From positions 2,215,205 through 2,275,200 of the forward strand of contig MU053559.1 of assembly GCA_013239625.1 (NCBI GenBank): DNA of 59,996 nt, given 5' to 3'. Made by a program: the position numbers and the translations under genes. Below the pieces are notes generated by a model. That model ran no database searches. It saw only the letters and a list, made by a program, of their open reading frames with translations, and had not been told where the DNA came from. Shown one piece after another: positions 36,483 to 48,789 of this stretch (positions within the stretch are counted from its first letter, which is position 1; every line of letters begins with the position of its first letter). This stretch comes from Lama guanicoe (taxonomy: Eukaryota).

Positions 36483-39400
36483 GTATTAGTTATTAAATTT
36501 ATGTATGTATGTAGAGTTGTTCGTAATATTCCCTTATAATTTTAATGTCAGTGCGATCTGTAAGTGATACCACCCCTTTCATTCCTGATACTAGAAAGTT
36601 GTGTTTTCTCTCCTTCTCTCCTTTGCTTTGCCAGTCTTGCTAGAGGCTTAACAATTTTATTGATATTTTCAAATAACTGGTATTTTTCTCATTGATTTTC
36701 TTTCCTTTTCTTTGCTCTCTCTTCATTTTCTTGTTTCTGCAAGTGGAACCTTAGATGATTGATTAGAGATCTTTCTTTTTTTCTAATAGAAATATTGATC
36801 ATAAATTTCCCTGTAAGCGCCATTTCGGCTGCATCACAGACATCTTGATATGTTGTATTTTCATTTTGTTCATTTCAAAAAAGATTTTTTTTTTTTACTT
36901 GAGACTTTTCCTTTGGACCCATACATTATTTAGAAGTATGTTGTATGATTTCCAAGTATTTGGGAAGTTTCATTTTCCCAATGTTATTGGTTTGTTATTG
37001 GTTTCTAGTTTAATTGCATTATGATCAGAAAAAATATTTTGCATTATTTGAATTCTTTTAAATTTGCTAAAGTTTACTTCGGGGTATAGTCTATCTTGGC
37101 GAATGTTTTATATGTCCTTTAAAAGAATGTGTTTTCTGATTTTGTTGGTTCGAATGTTTTATAAATATGAGATGCAATTGGTTGGTTTCATTTTCTGTCT
37201 ACTATTTCTATATATGACTGAGAGGAGTGTTGAAATTTTGCAGTATAACTTTAGATTTACCTGTTTCTCCTCCAAGTTCTGTCAATTTTTTGCTTCGTAT
37301 GTTTGGAAGGTCTGTGGCAGGGTACAAATACATTTAGGATTGTCATGTCTTCATGGCAAATTGACCCTTTTGTCGTTATGTAGTGTCCTTCTTTGTACCT
37401 GGCAACTGTCTTTCTTTTGGACGTGTTTTCATGGTATACCTTTTTCTATCCTTTTACTTTTTTTTTTTTTTTACTTTTAACCTACCTCTTGACAGTATTA
37501 TACTTCACGTGAGTTTTTGTTAGCATGTGGCTCATATTTTTAATTCATCCTCATAGTCTTTGCCTTTTCATTCATATGTTTAGACCATTTAAGTTTAACA
37601 TCATGATGGGTATGCTTGGGTTTATGCCTGCCATTTCATTATTGTTTTCTGTTTCTTCCCTCTATTTTTCAGACCTGTTTCTTGTATTCTGCCCTCTTTT
37701 GAGTTATTTGAATTTTTCTTAGTGTTTTATTTTAATTGATCTCTTGTGTATCTCTCTGTATGGTTTTTTTTTTTTTGGTACCTACTCTAGGAATTACAAT
37801 GTACGTATTTCATAGTCAATTTAGAATCAATACTTTATCACTTTAAGTGGCCTGTAGAAAACTTAACCATGATGTAGGTCCCTTTATCCTCCCTTCTTTT
37901 GCTGCTTTTATCTGATCTGTTAACGTTGGCACACTTTGAAAACCCCATACACAATGTTAGAATTTTTGCTTTCAGCAAAGAACTTAAGAGAAGTATAGTG
38001 TTTTCTGTTTACCCAGATATCTACCACTTCTCTTTTCCTTCATTCCTCATGTTCTTTGCGGTATCATTTCCCTTTGAGCTTTCTTTAGTTGTTATCTCAG
38101 AGGAAGTCAGCTGCCAGTGAATGGTCTTGGCTTTCCTTCATCTGAGGAGATCTGTATTTCACCTTCATCCCTGAAGGATAGCTTTTTGAAAGCATAGAGT
38201 TATGTCTCTTGAGAAATTTAGGAAGTTTCAGCTGTTATATTATTAGATTTTATTTTCTTGCTCTAAACTCTTCCTCCTTTTTCTGGGACTCCCGTGACAC
38301 AGAAGGCAGACCTTCTGTCCTTGTCCCCCAAATCTCTGGGGCTCTGTTGTTTTGTTTTTAACTCTTTTTTTCATCTGTTGCTCAGACTGGCTAATTTCTC
38401 TGGTTTTATCTTCAGATTCACGGGCTCTTATCTCCAATGCTGCATTGAGCCCATCCAATGAGTGTTTATGTCACTTACTTTCTTTTTCAGTTCTAAAGTT
38501 CCCAACAGTTCTTCTTTACACATTTCATGTCTTTGCTCAGACTTTCTTTTCCTCTGTACGTTTCAAGATTGCACATGATTGGTGGCTTGGAGCATTTTTA
38601 TAATAGCTGCTTTAAAGTCTTTGTCAGTTCAAACAGCTCTGTCATCGTGACACTGGCATCTGTTGATCGTCTTTTTCCATGCGGAGTACTTTTGGATTTT
38701 ATCCAGAACATTTTGAATATTGTGTTATGAGACTCTGCATCTTGTTGAAATCCCATGGAGAATGTTGATATTTTCATCTTAGCAGGCAGTCTCGACCTGG
38801 TGAGGTTCGTAGAGCAAGTTCTAACCCACTTTCTGTGAGGTGCATTCCCAATGGCAGTTCAATTTCCCAAGCCTTGGCAGTGCTGTTTGGATGTGTCTGA
38901 TACGTACCCCTCCACCTGGTCTGGGACTTAGGCAGTTCGGTTCCCGAAGTCTCCGGGAAGCTGTTCTGGAGGAGATCCATGCATGCAAAGCTGTAGGTGA
39001 GCCCGCAAGTTCAGAAACAACTTACGGGGTCTCTTTACCGAACTCTTCCCCCTCAGCGATCTCTCCGATACTCCAGTATTTTTGGTTATTTAGCCAGAAA
39101 GCTGGGGATTTCATTACTCTGCTCTGGCACGTACTTTCACAACTGTCCCCACGTCCCCGTGTCCAAACAATAATAGGTTTGGCCCCATCCTCTTGGAACC
39201 ACAGCCCTGCTGAACCCAGAGGAAGGTCCTCATCCCTGAGAATTCTGGTCCTGGGGGCCCCTATTGCCACTTGGGGGCTGTGGCCTGAGAGAACAGAGAG
39301 GAGGGGAAAAACTGGGGGACTTCCCCCACTCTCTGAGCGTCTGGAGTTTTCTTTCCTGTTCCCCGAGCCAGAGCCCCAGGGCATCTCCTGGCTCCCTCTC

Positions 39401-39670
39401 TGTCAGTTCTCCGTGCCTGCTGGCAGTGTATTGGGTTCGGGCTTGGGGCAAGCTGGAGGAAAATGTAATGGTAAACTCACGGGCAGTTTGGTGCTATTTC
39501 GAATTCTGGTCTTTTCCTAATCTGCCTCCTCCTATTTACTTTGCAGGCCTCAAGGAGCTGCTCCAGGCAGTCTTTCCAGGTTTTTCTAGTTCATGTTCAG
39601 TGGGAAAGACAGGGTGGAGCGTGCTCACTCCAGCTTCTGCAGAACCGGAAGCTCTGTGTCTGCTTTTGAA
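36483..39670 (-). mobile_element. Old L1 5' half (5' UTR, ORF1, N-terminal ORF2)
   Basis: Minus ORF 38243-38458 DGLNAALE...SEDKTREISQSEQQMKKR is L1 ORF1p coiled-coil-like; antisense ORF2 text at 36500-37400; GC-richer 5' UTR at 38760-39670. Confidence 0.85.
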
Positions 39671-41747
39671 CGTGTAGAATAAGATGAGTCTAAACCAGGG
39701 ATGTGTGAACGGTCTCCTCAGTGTTACTCCACCCAGCTTTACAGCTTTGCTTGAAAAACCATCCTTAGGACCCAGATGCACATTTTAGGAGGAAGGTGGG
39801 ATTAGCATTGCCAATCAGTAGTGTTCTTTCCATCATCTGATGAAACAAAAATTGCTTCTTTCTTGACTCTACAACTAAAATTAAATAGCAAGTGTTTTTT
39901 TTCCTCCTTAACCTATTTATTAAAGTGAAAGTTCTTTTTCACGCACACAAGTTATATACACAAGCCAAAGATTTCTAAAATCCTTTTAGTCCAAGTAGAA
40001 AAAAGACCCTAAAAATAGTGCTTCTGTAAATTGGAATCCAACCAGCACTCTCTCTACTAAATGAAATACTTCTTTAATGAAGAGCGCTCCGTTCTGCAGA
40101 TTTTTTCAGTGCCCTGTTTTCGATTCTGAAGATCAGCCGGGCTTATAATTCTGGGAGAAGTGATTATTGTGATAATAGTTCAAAGAGTTCAGTTAAAATC
40201 AGAGAACCAGCTTCTATGAACAGTCGAAGTGAAGTTGTAGCTCCCTCCCTCAATAGCTAAATGGTTAAAGATATTACCAGGGGGGGTGAATTGTACTCAA
40301 AGACCTGTTGTTCACGAGGGGTGGGGACAGGAAGCTATGTTGGTGTTAGAGGAGAATGGGATGTTTTTCGGGAGTAGGGGTTTGTCATTTCCAGGAGCAG
40401 GGCTGGCAGCACGGTGGGAAGGGCTGGCTCCAGCCTGAGCCCACTCACAGGATGTTAGGAGGAAGTGTGACTAAGGTCACGGCCACGCCACGTGGTGGGC
40501 CAGCTGGAAACAGTGCAGGGGCCGCTGTGGCCACACATCCTGAGTTTCCATGGTCTAATGCAGTGGGCTTGAAAGAAAGGGTGGATGCAGGATGCTGGCT
40601 GGGCGTGCAGAGTGCGTGGGCTGTTCTGTCTTAAGTGACGGTGGGTGGAGATTATAGCATTTCATCTGCTTTTCCTTTGACACCTTTAAAAGATACAACC
40701 CACAGTTTTCAACCCACAGTTTTCAAGGGCTTCTGCCTCGGTCTGCCAGAGTGATCTTAAACCCTTTACCATTCTTAGGAGCACGAGGACAATTTTTTTT
40801 AACTGGAGTACCATTTACAACAAATACGGAAATTGGAAAGTTGCTGAATTTGAAATGCTCTTCATATTAAGCAGTTTATTAGGGGGTTATTTTAAAACCC
40901 TTCGTATGTAATTTTCAGATGTCTTCACATCTGAAAAGGATACATACATTTCTCTAGACTTCATCTGAAAAGGATGCAGACGTTGGTCTTCACTTTTCTT
41001 TAGAAAAGGGCTGTTCAGGATGTTTAGCAGGGTGGGTTTCAGAATTTCAGCAGCTTTATGGTGTTGTCATCCAGTTTGACAGACTGAATGTGCACTTAGA
41101 AGAAATGAAATGTATTTTTAATTGCTGAATGTATTGTACTTAAGGAACACGGGAGAGTACATGTCAGGTTTCAGCTGTGATTAATATTTTGCTGGTGAGT
41201 TTTCAACGAAATGGCATGCTGAAACTCTGCCTCTGTTTGAACAATGTCTAGTATTTCCTGATTGGGGAAAAGAAAATGGGTCTAGAATCTTATCCTGAGT
41301 CCATTAGGACTTGAGAAGTTCTCAAATGAAAATTAATTTAGAAAAGACTTTTATTAAAAAGTATGAAGTATTCATCTTTTCCCTCCCCCAATGAATTATT
41401 TAAAAAATGCTTTGAGGAATGAGGCTAGGGTTTCCCTTTAGATTTACCAGGTAGTTTGAATTCGAACCCTTTGAGTTCAGGTATCACCATAGAAGCTTGG
41501 GTGGGAGGCTATAAGTCCTGTGGGCTGTTGCCGTTGGTGAAGGTACTGTGTTTTTAAGGCCATGCCTCCTGGCAAGAATTCATTGAAGTGTAAAAAGCAT
41601 TTCGTTTGAAATGCTAACATTTACTTAGTTCTGGTGTTCCTCCTAAAAATTGGGACTTGTATTCCTCCTACGGAGAGAAAAGATAGAAGAAATCATAATC
41701 TTTATATTATTTTGAATGTAATTCCATGTTCAAAATATGTGAGCTTA

Positions 41748-41932
41748 TAGGTAAACAGCAAGGTCCTACTTTCTAGCACAGGGAACTATTTTTAATACCT
41801 TGTAATAGCCTATAATCAAAAAGAATATGAAAAGGAATATATATATATATATAACCGAATCACTGTGCTGTACACGAGAAATTAACACAACATTGTAAAC
41901 CGACTATACTTCAATTAAAAAACAAAACAAAA
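41748..41932 (+). mobile_element. Young L1 3' end with perfect TSD
   Basis: TSD caaaatatgtgagctta at 41731-41747 and 41933-41949; tagcacagggaacta...cattgtaaaccgactatacttcaatt plus (AAAAC)n tail. Confidence 0.95.
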
Positions 41933-42233
41933 CAAAATATGTGAGCTTACCTTTGAAATAAGATACGTGAAATGGACAGGTATCTGCTTTAGAAGCTACA
42001 AATTCTTCAACAGAAATGGAGAGTGGGAACCAGCATTTCCAGAGTGCCCTCCCAGAAGCAGGTCGCTCGTTCTGCTTACTGTTTCTTTTACTTTTCACAA
42101 CTGTCCATTGAAGTAAATTTATAGATCTGAAAGAAAATGAACGCGTACACATAGGCTGGTGAGTATGGCTTTTGTTGGGTGGGGATTGAAAAGAGAGGAG
42201 GTTAAACAAATGGGACTATTTGGGGACTTAAAA

Positions 42234-42468
42234 CAGTCGTTCTCAATGCTGAGAATGACTTTGCCCCTTAGGGGACATTTGGCGATGTCTGAGGTGGTGT
42301 TTTGTTTGTCACACCTGAGGAGTGGAGATGCTATTGGCCTCTAGTGGATTGACACCAGGGACATTGTGAAACATCCTACAGTGCACAGGACAGCTCCCCC
42401 CCACCCCCCACAACAGCGATGAATGGTCTGGCCCCAAATGTCAACAGTGCTGGGTCTGAGCAACCGTA
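42234..42468. mobile_element. MER20 hAT-Charlie DNA transposon, near full length
   Basis: cagtcgttctcaa...ttgccccttaggggacatttggcgatgtct...ctctagtgg...aacatcctacagtgcacaggacagc...ggccccaaatgtcaacagtgc; 8-bp TSD acttaaaa (42226-42233) / acttaaca (42469-42476). Confidence 0.92.
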
Positions 42469-42506
42469 ACTTAACATTAATGAAGAAAAGCAATTAAAAC
42501 CAATGT

Positions 42507-42583
42507 CCACCAGAAATTGACACATTGTAACTGACTGTACTTCAAAAAAAAAAAAAGAATTTCCAACTCAAAGAAACAGAAAC
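42507..42583 (+). mobile_element. Ultra-short L1 3' end with TSD and extra post-polyA sequence
   Basis: TSD aaaaccaatgt at 42496-42506 and 42584-42594; caccagaaattgacacattgtaactgactgtacttc then A13. Confidence 0.88.
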
Positions 42584-43512
42584 AAAACCAATGTTCTCCC
42601 TGCCTCACTGAGATGTATGGAAGACATATTAGCCTGATTCCCCCATCCTAGCAAGTAGTTACATGATTTCTAAGACATCTCAAAGAGTGGAAACTATAGC
42701 TTATTAACTAGAAGGAGCTACATGTGATTCCCAGGGTCCATTATTTTCTAGGTTTTCACTTTCAGGACACACTTCTTTTTCTCCGTCCTGAATTTCTCAT
42801 GGTATAGTTTTGGTTTCTTCCACTGCTAGTTGGTTTGTCCATCTTGGAAGTAATAATCAGCTGGTAGTCATTCTGCACGAAATATTAAATATTCTTTTGT
42901 CCAAGGTATTTCAAGGCTGCCATTACAGTGCCCCCTGAGCTTTAAATACCGACATCCAGACGGAGTGCTCCAGTGTATCAACATTGTTTAGGTTATTACT
43001 AAGCATAAAAAAATGGTAGGGTCGCAGAGTCAGAATATAACGCACTGTAAGGATATGGCTTTGTTAGCATCAAGTGGCATTAATATGTGGTTCTTGTTAA
43101 TAAAACACTTAAGTTCTATTTTTAAATGTTTAGCTTATGCCTGGAGACTTGGGGATTGAATTTCAAGGCCTCAGCAATTTCGAGGTCCCATGCTCCCATC
43201 TGCCTTCCAAACAGGTTCCCTTTTTCAGCATTCCAAGTGGCCGTAGGTTTGTAAAAAGGTAACATACCCATGGTATCTGGTGCTATCCATCATTCTTAGA
43301 CATTTTGGAACACTTAGCACAGTTTTAAATGTCAGAACACTGAAATCGATGAAGAGATGGAAGGGAGCCGGGACAAGAGAGCTGGAAAGCTGAAAGAGCT
43401 ATGGTTTGGGAAAAATGAGGAGAGTATCGAGTAAATCAACAGTGGTTCATTCTTGTGTATCAAATATTTTTGAGCGCCTAGGAAATGTGAGTTCTTGAGG
43501 CACTGGGGATGT

Positions 43513-43572
43513 GAGAGAGAGAGAGAGAGACAGAGGGAGACAGACAGAGAGAGAGAGAGAGAGAGAAAGAGA
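43513..43572. repeat. (GA)n/(GACA)n microsatellite next to a short antisense L2 piece (about 43445-43512)
   Basis: Directly visible repeat; upstream tttgagcgccta...gaggcactggggat is L2-like. Confidence 0.9.
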
Positions 43573-44183
43573 AGGGATGGGATTTAGCTAGAACTGAAAG
43601 GGCAGATGGAAGAAACAGCAAATACAACAATCTAGGCTGTGGATTTTATAAAATAAAACATTTGATCATAGTCCTCGGAGAAGACCAGATGTCTGCTTCT
43701 CAGTTTTAACGAGGGAGTGTGCTTTAGTTACCTGAAAAAGAAATGATTTCTGCCCTCTGAAAATTATGTTTTAAAAAGATGCCACCACTATCTCTCCTAA
43801 AGCAAGAGGGTATATACGGGTATAAATAACACACAAATGAATGATCTTCTTAATTATAAAGACTGAATTTCAATTTAAAAAATAGTTCCCCCCCTCCACA
43901 TTACAGTTTTTTTAAAATGTTGAACAGTGGACATGCAGACTTTTGTTGTGGTAATTCACTGAACGTTAACCTTTCATCTGCTGAGAATTTCAATTCCCCA
44001 GAAAAAGACAAACCAACTTAACCATTTAAAACAATATTTAAAAAATACATCTCTTGGCCTGAAACGATTTACCCCTTATATTGCTTATTGATTTTCCTAC
44101 TGATCTTTTTAACCCCCTGAGGTGAGCAAATCTACTGAAAAGGGTGGTAGGTGACTTTCACTTAGGGAGGGAGGGTCTATCTT

Positions 44184-44413
44184 ATTTTTTTAAATTGAAA
44201 TATAGTTGATTTACAATGTTGTGTTAATTTCTGGTGTACAGCATAGTGATTCAGTTTTATAATAGATATAGATATAGATATATATAGATATAGATATATA
44301 TTCTTTCTCAGATTCTTTTCCATTATAGGCTATTATAAGGTATTGAATATAGTTCCCCGTGCTATACAGGAAGACCTTGTTGTTTATCTATTTTATATAT
44401 AGTAGGTTGTATC
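44184..44413 (-). mobile_element. Young L1 3' end with perfect 16-bp TSD and internal (ATATAG)n
   Basis: TSD agggagggtctatctt at 44168-44183 and 44414-44429. Confidence 0.95.
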
Positions 44414-45255
44414 AGGGAGGGTCTATCTTTTATATTCTGTTTCCCTTCCGTTTTAATCTCTCAAAAGAGCCTTTTAAAATTTTTTAAAAATTTGGCCTGA
44501 GTCATAATTGTATATCTATCTGCTCCTAACAGGGTGGCGCTGAGTGAGGTCCTTCCTCTCTAATACCGGTTTTATTAACTTTTAAAACGAAAGAGAAAAA
44601 ACAGTGGTGGATGAGGCTAGATAAAGCAAGTTTCGCAAAAAGAACCATTACAGCCAATTAAAGATACGTAGGGTTCATTATAGTATTATCTCTACTTTTG
44701 TAGATGCTTTTAGGAGTTTCAACAATTAAAATATTTTTTCAAGAGGCAGCGGAAAGAGATGAAACAAACTCCTGTTCCGGGACTACCACTGGTGTTCTTC
44801 AAAGGTCTGGGGGAAGATTTGAACACAGCTAGAGGCCAAGTACAAGGGCAGGCACCTGTGGTATGGGATCAGCTCAGGAGCTGTCTGGGGTCCGGGGAAG
44901 ATGACGGGAGTAGGGGGGAGTGTTTTAGAGGGGGTGCAGATGGAAATTCCTCAGCTGTGACTATTGAGTCCTGACCTACCTAGATCTGGCTCTTAAAAAC
45001 CCTCCAGGAAAAGGGCTTTTCCAGCGAAGCCTATCCTCTGCTCATCCTTGCTCGTCAGCCCTGTCATTTCCCCTTTCCTCTATAAATTGGCCTAAACCTT
45101 CCATTGCTCTGAACAATGGTATATGTTCGTATGCCGAATATGGTACCATCTCCCAAGTCTTCATGCTCTCAGCAAGATGATCAAGGATTTCTTCAGTCTC
45201 AGCCCTTCCAGGAACTGTGCATTTCAGGGACCCTTTAAAGGTCTTTGCCTTGAAG

Positions 45256-45315
45256 TTTTTTTTTTTTCAATTAAAGTATAATCAGTTACAACGTGTCAAT
45301 TTCTGGTGTGCAGCA
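45256..45315 (-). mobile_element. Very short L1 3' tail
   Basis: PolyT then caattaaagtataatcagttacaacgtgtcaatttctggtgtgcagca; weak TSD gccttgaag/gtcttgatg. Confidence 0.85.
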
Positions 45316-46084
45316 GTCTTGATGCTCTGATTAAGTGCCTCATTTCAGTGGTTGGGTTTCTGGAGCCATCTCCTTATTACCTTGAAAGAGTTGTTTTATT
45401 CGGATGTACAAGATACACCTTAGGTAGAACTTTCACCTGTCCATCTTGGAACTCACCGATCCTCAAACCTTACACTTGACTTTCTGTAAAGTCCAACCAG
45501 AGCTACTGAGAGCAGAGACCTGGGATACCTCAAAAACTCCAGAAGTACATTCTGATATAAGAACTCCAAAGATGTTCCTCACAATCCCACGAGTATCCAC
45601 ATGTCCCTTCTAATTCTCCAGCAATGACCAAGGCTCTGAAGAGCAGAGACTCAGAGCCCAGGTCTTAGCTCTCTTCTGAGGCTGGAGATTGATGTAGCGC
45701 CACCTGCCACCCTCATGTGGAACTGCACATAGACCCTCTCATTTACTGAGTGATTTTTATTTATTTTTCTTGGTAAAACCCTTAGTGAAATATTAGAAGA
45801 GGGAGAAAAGGGAAAAGAGGAAGGAAAGAATTAGATTGAGACTGAGGTAATCATAACAGCATAACAAAAGAGCTTGAAGAATTGAGGTGTGGAGGGCAAA
45901 TGCAGTAACCCTGATGTTGTTAATAGTGGCTTGTGAGGAATTTAGAAATTTATACATGGATTCCCTTTACTTAGAACCTACTACCCCATATAGTTACCCT
46001 AAGCTGTAGTGTTTCTCTAATGGAAGAGAGACAAAAGAAGTTGGGTTCCAATTTTCTGCCTAATCTAATATTTGGTTCTTGTGC

Positions 46085-46200
46085 GCTCAGCAGATACATG
46101 TTGAACACATGTACGTGAACACATCTGGGCAAGATGCTGGGGCTAGTGCAGTAGGCAAGACAGATGCAGACCCCTCTTCTAATGTAAGAAAGCACAGTAG
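46085..46200 (-). mobile_element. L2 3' end fragment
   Basis: ctcagcagatacatgttgaacac...gatgctggggct...aagacagatgcagacccct. Confidence 0.55.
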
Positions 46201-46859
46201 CCAGTACGTATGTTGTCTTTGGCCCATGCAGTATTATAAACAGGGCAGTGTTTCTTTCTCGTGGAAAAGTGGGAGATTTGGCCCTCCTGGACCTATATCC
46301 CCACATGGTAAAACATCATGGAATTTAGGGGAGTGGTCTTGAAAAATGCCTACCATGGTAAGTAGAAATCTGTGTTCTCCAATCTGCCCTGGCCTCCGGC
46401 TCTCATTTGTTTTTGAGAGTTTAGCCCTAGGGGACATCTCGGTTGGGATCCCCTGTAGAAACGTGCCTCCTTTTCACAGGGGTCACTCTGTGGGATGGGG
46501 AGGCGTGGTGAGAGCTGAGACAGGAACTAGGGACTTCTTACCTAGTTGGCCCTTTCCTACATCCTCATTGGTGCCGGTCACCTTTGAAAGCACATCCTGC
46601 CTCTCCTTCTCCAGTGCTCTGAAGGCTGGGCACCGGCAGGGTTCAAAGCTTGGGGGCAGACAGCAGAGAACAGAGTTATCTACAGGGGCTCTTCCGGCTT
46701 CTACCAGATCATGTCCTTTGGGCTGTTTTACATATTGGGCTTTCTTGTAAATTTCCTTTGAAGAAAGCATTCCAAAGCTTACAGTAATGTCTGTTTCATA
46801 AATTTAGAGCCTACATGTTCATGTTATTCATTATCTTTCCTAACCTTCGTACCCACTCT

Positions 46860-46975
46860 CTCCAGTTGCATCTTCAATTCTTGGGGGGAGGTGCATAGTC
46901 TCTGTTCTTTCCCAGAGCCCAGCCTGGAACTGCACATAGTGAGGTTAAAAAAAAAAAATAAGCATTTGTTGCACA
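46860..46975 (+). mobile_element. L2 3' end fragment
   Basis: tcccagagcccagcctggaactgcacatagtgagg...ataagcatttgtt. Confidence 0.55.
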
Positions 46976-47929
46976 GGCAGATCAGTATTTCATTTACTGA
47001 TGGTCAGAGCACAGAGTTTATAGATGACACACATTTACATTTTAATACCCAAAGACCCCTTTCCTCCTGAGGGCACAGCCATTCCTTGCTCCTCTTAAAA
47101 AAACGTGTGTGTAGTTTTGAAAACGGAATCCATCCATACCACCATCTCTCTTTTTTTTTTTTCTTTCATCGATCGGGTTTTGTCTCTTTAAGCCCAAGGC
47201 TGAAAGTAAGGGACAGGTGGTGACAGGCCTGGCTGGAACAGACCTGGGAGCCTCAAGCCACCTGATGTAGGGAGGTAGGGAGAGCTGGGGGCTTCGACAG
47301 CATTCAGAGTGGGGATCACAGTCCTGTCAGAAATACCTTGGGGATTCCCAGACTCTCCCGCATGAAATACTGTACTTACAACACAGCATCTCTCACTGGG
47401 CAAACGAGTACCATTTAGGGGAGCCCCCACGTCCCAGGGCAAGGTGGAAGGATGGCTGAACCGGCAGTTGGGAGCCCTGATTTGTTTGTTAACCTAACCG
47501 CTTGCTATTTATCTAACCTTTAGCGGTCACTGAACTTTTCTAGGTCTGTTGTATCTAATTTTAGGGATTAAATACGGTGGAGCCCTCACAGCATGATTTC
47601 CCCATAGGTTCGAGATCCCCTCTCTGACTCAGACAAGGCTTTCTGCCTTAAGTTTCAGAAAGATGAAAGGCCCTGAGGCAGGCATACATATAATTTATTG
47701 ATTAAGTCTCTGCCACATCCCGAAATGTGAAGGTTGTATTTGTATTTTAATCTTCACTAGATGTCTCTGTTAAAGCAATGTAAAAATTATTTTTGCAAAG
47801 CACATTATTGATTGTGTTCAAGTTTTGGAGTACAGTTGATGCCCCCAAGGCTAGGTAACAGCCTGAGTCCCACCACTTTTTTGTGGTCAGTTCTCAGTTC
47901 CAAGATGAAGATTATGACTTCATAATCAC

Positions 47930-48129
47930 GGTTGCATATAGCAAGTCGCTTTAGCTTCCCAGTAACCCTATGAAATAGGTCCTGTTGGCTCCTCTTCGTT
48001 TTACAGACAAGAAAACCAGCACAGAGATGTTCAGTTAGTTGCCCAAAGTTAGACAGTTCATAAATGGTGGAGCTGGGACTTAGCCTGGCTCCCCAGTCTG
48101 TGCTGTTAACCTCACTCTGCTGTCCGCCT
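47930..48129 (-). mobile_element. MIR SINE
   Basis: taaccctatgaaatagg...ttttacagacaagaaaacc...gcacagagatgttcagttagttgcccaaagt...taaatggtggagctggga...tgtgctgttaacc. Confidence 0.85.
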
Positions 48130-48739
48130 CTAGAATGAATTAATTCAGGGAAACCCACTGATGTTTTTTGTCAGTCATCGATCATGGTCAAAGAATTTTG
48201 TTGTCGCTTTTCACAGCCACACCCTGATGCACAGCATTTCTGCAATAAACTTGAATGTCATTTGAAGGTAACTGATCTGTTCAGAGCTCAAGAAGCTCAA
48301 TGATAGGGCTTGATGTCTTCAGTTACCAAGAACTTGGTCAGCCTCAGTTCTGTGGCCACAGATAGACTCTACCTGAGGACTGCCAACTTGTCAACTTCCA
48401 AGAGAGACCAAGGTGTGTCTCTAACTGGGGTGATCTGTGTCACTGCTAGAGAGACAGTCAATCTGAAGTCTGTCTCGTGACTCCAGGTGATGGATCTGTA
48501 TAAGCAATGTAGTCGGGTGTTTTCACACACTGTGACTGAGATACAAAGGATCCCACGGTTATAGTTGCTGTCGTGGCTTTGCGTTATTATTTGGTACTGA
48601 TGCGCTTTGCTTCGAGTTCATTGTGTTTCTTGGCTACGTAAATGAAAAGCAAATGCCGTGTATCACTCATGGTTCTGTTTCATGCTGGCGGTTTACCATT
48701 TGCCAGACATTTCAATGCATAGCTTCAGATCACTCTGGG

Positions 48740-48747
48740 TGACGTCA
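48740..48747. promoter_or_regulatory. Palindromic CRE/ATF site
   Basis: TGACGTCA with intact CpG; function unproven. Confidence 0.3.
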
Positions 48748-48789
48748 ACAGCAACAAAGTCTTTGTTGGCCAACCTCTCTACGACACAC

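Noticed and set aside
38840..39677. 226 aa and 137 aa + strand ORFs
   Set aside because: Antisense to the GC-rich 5' UTR of the old L1; no protein similarity recognised.
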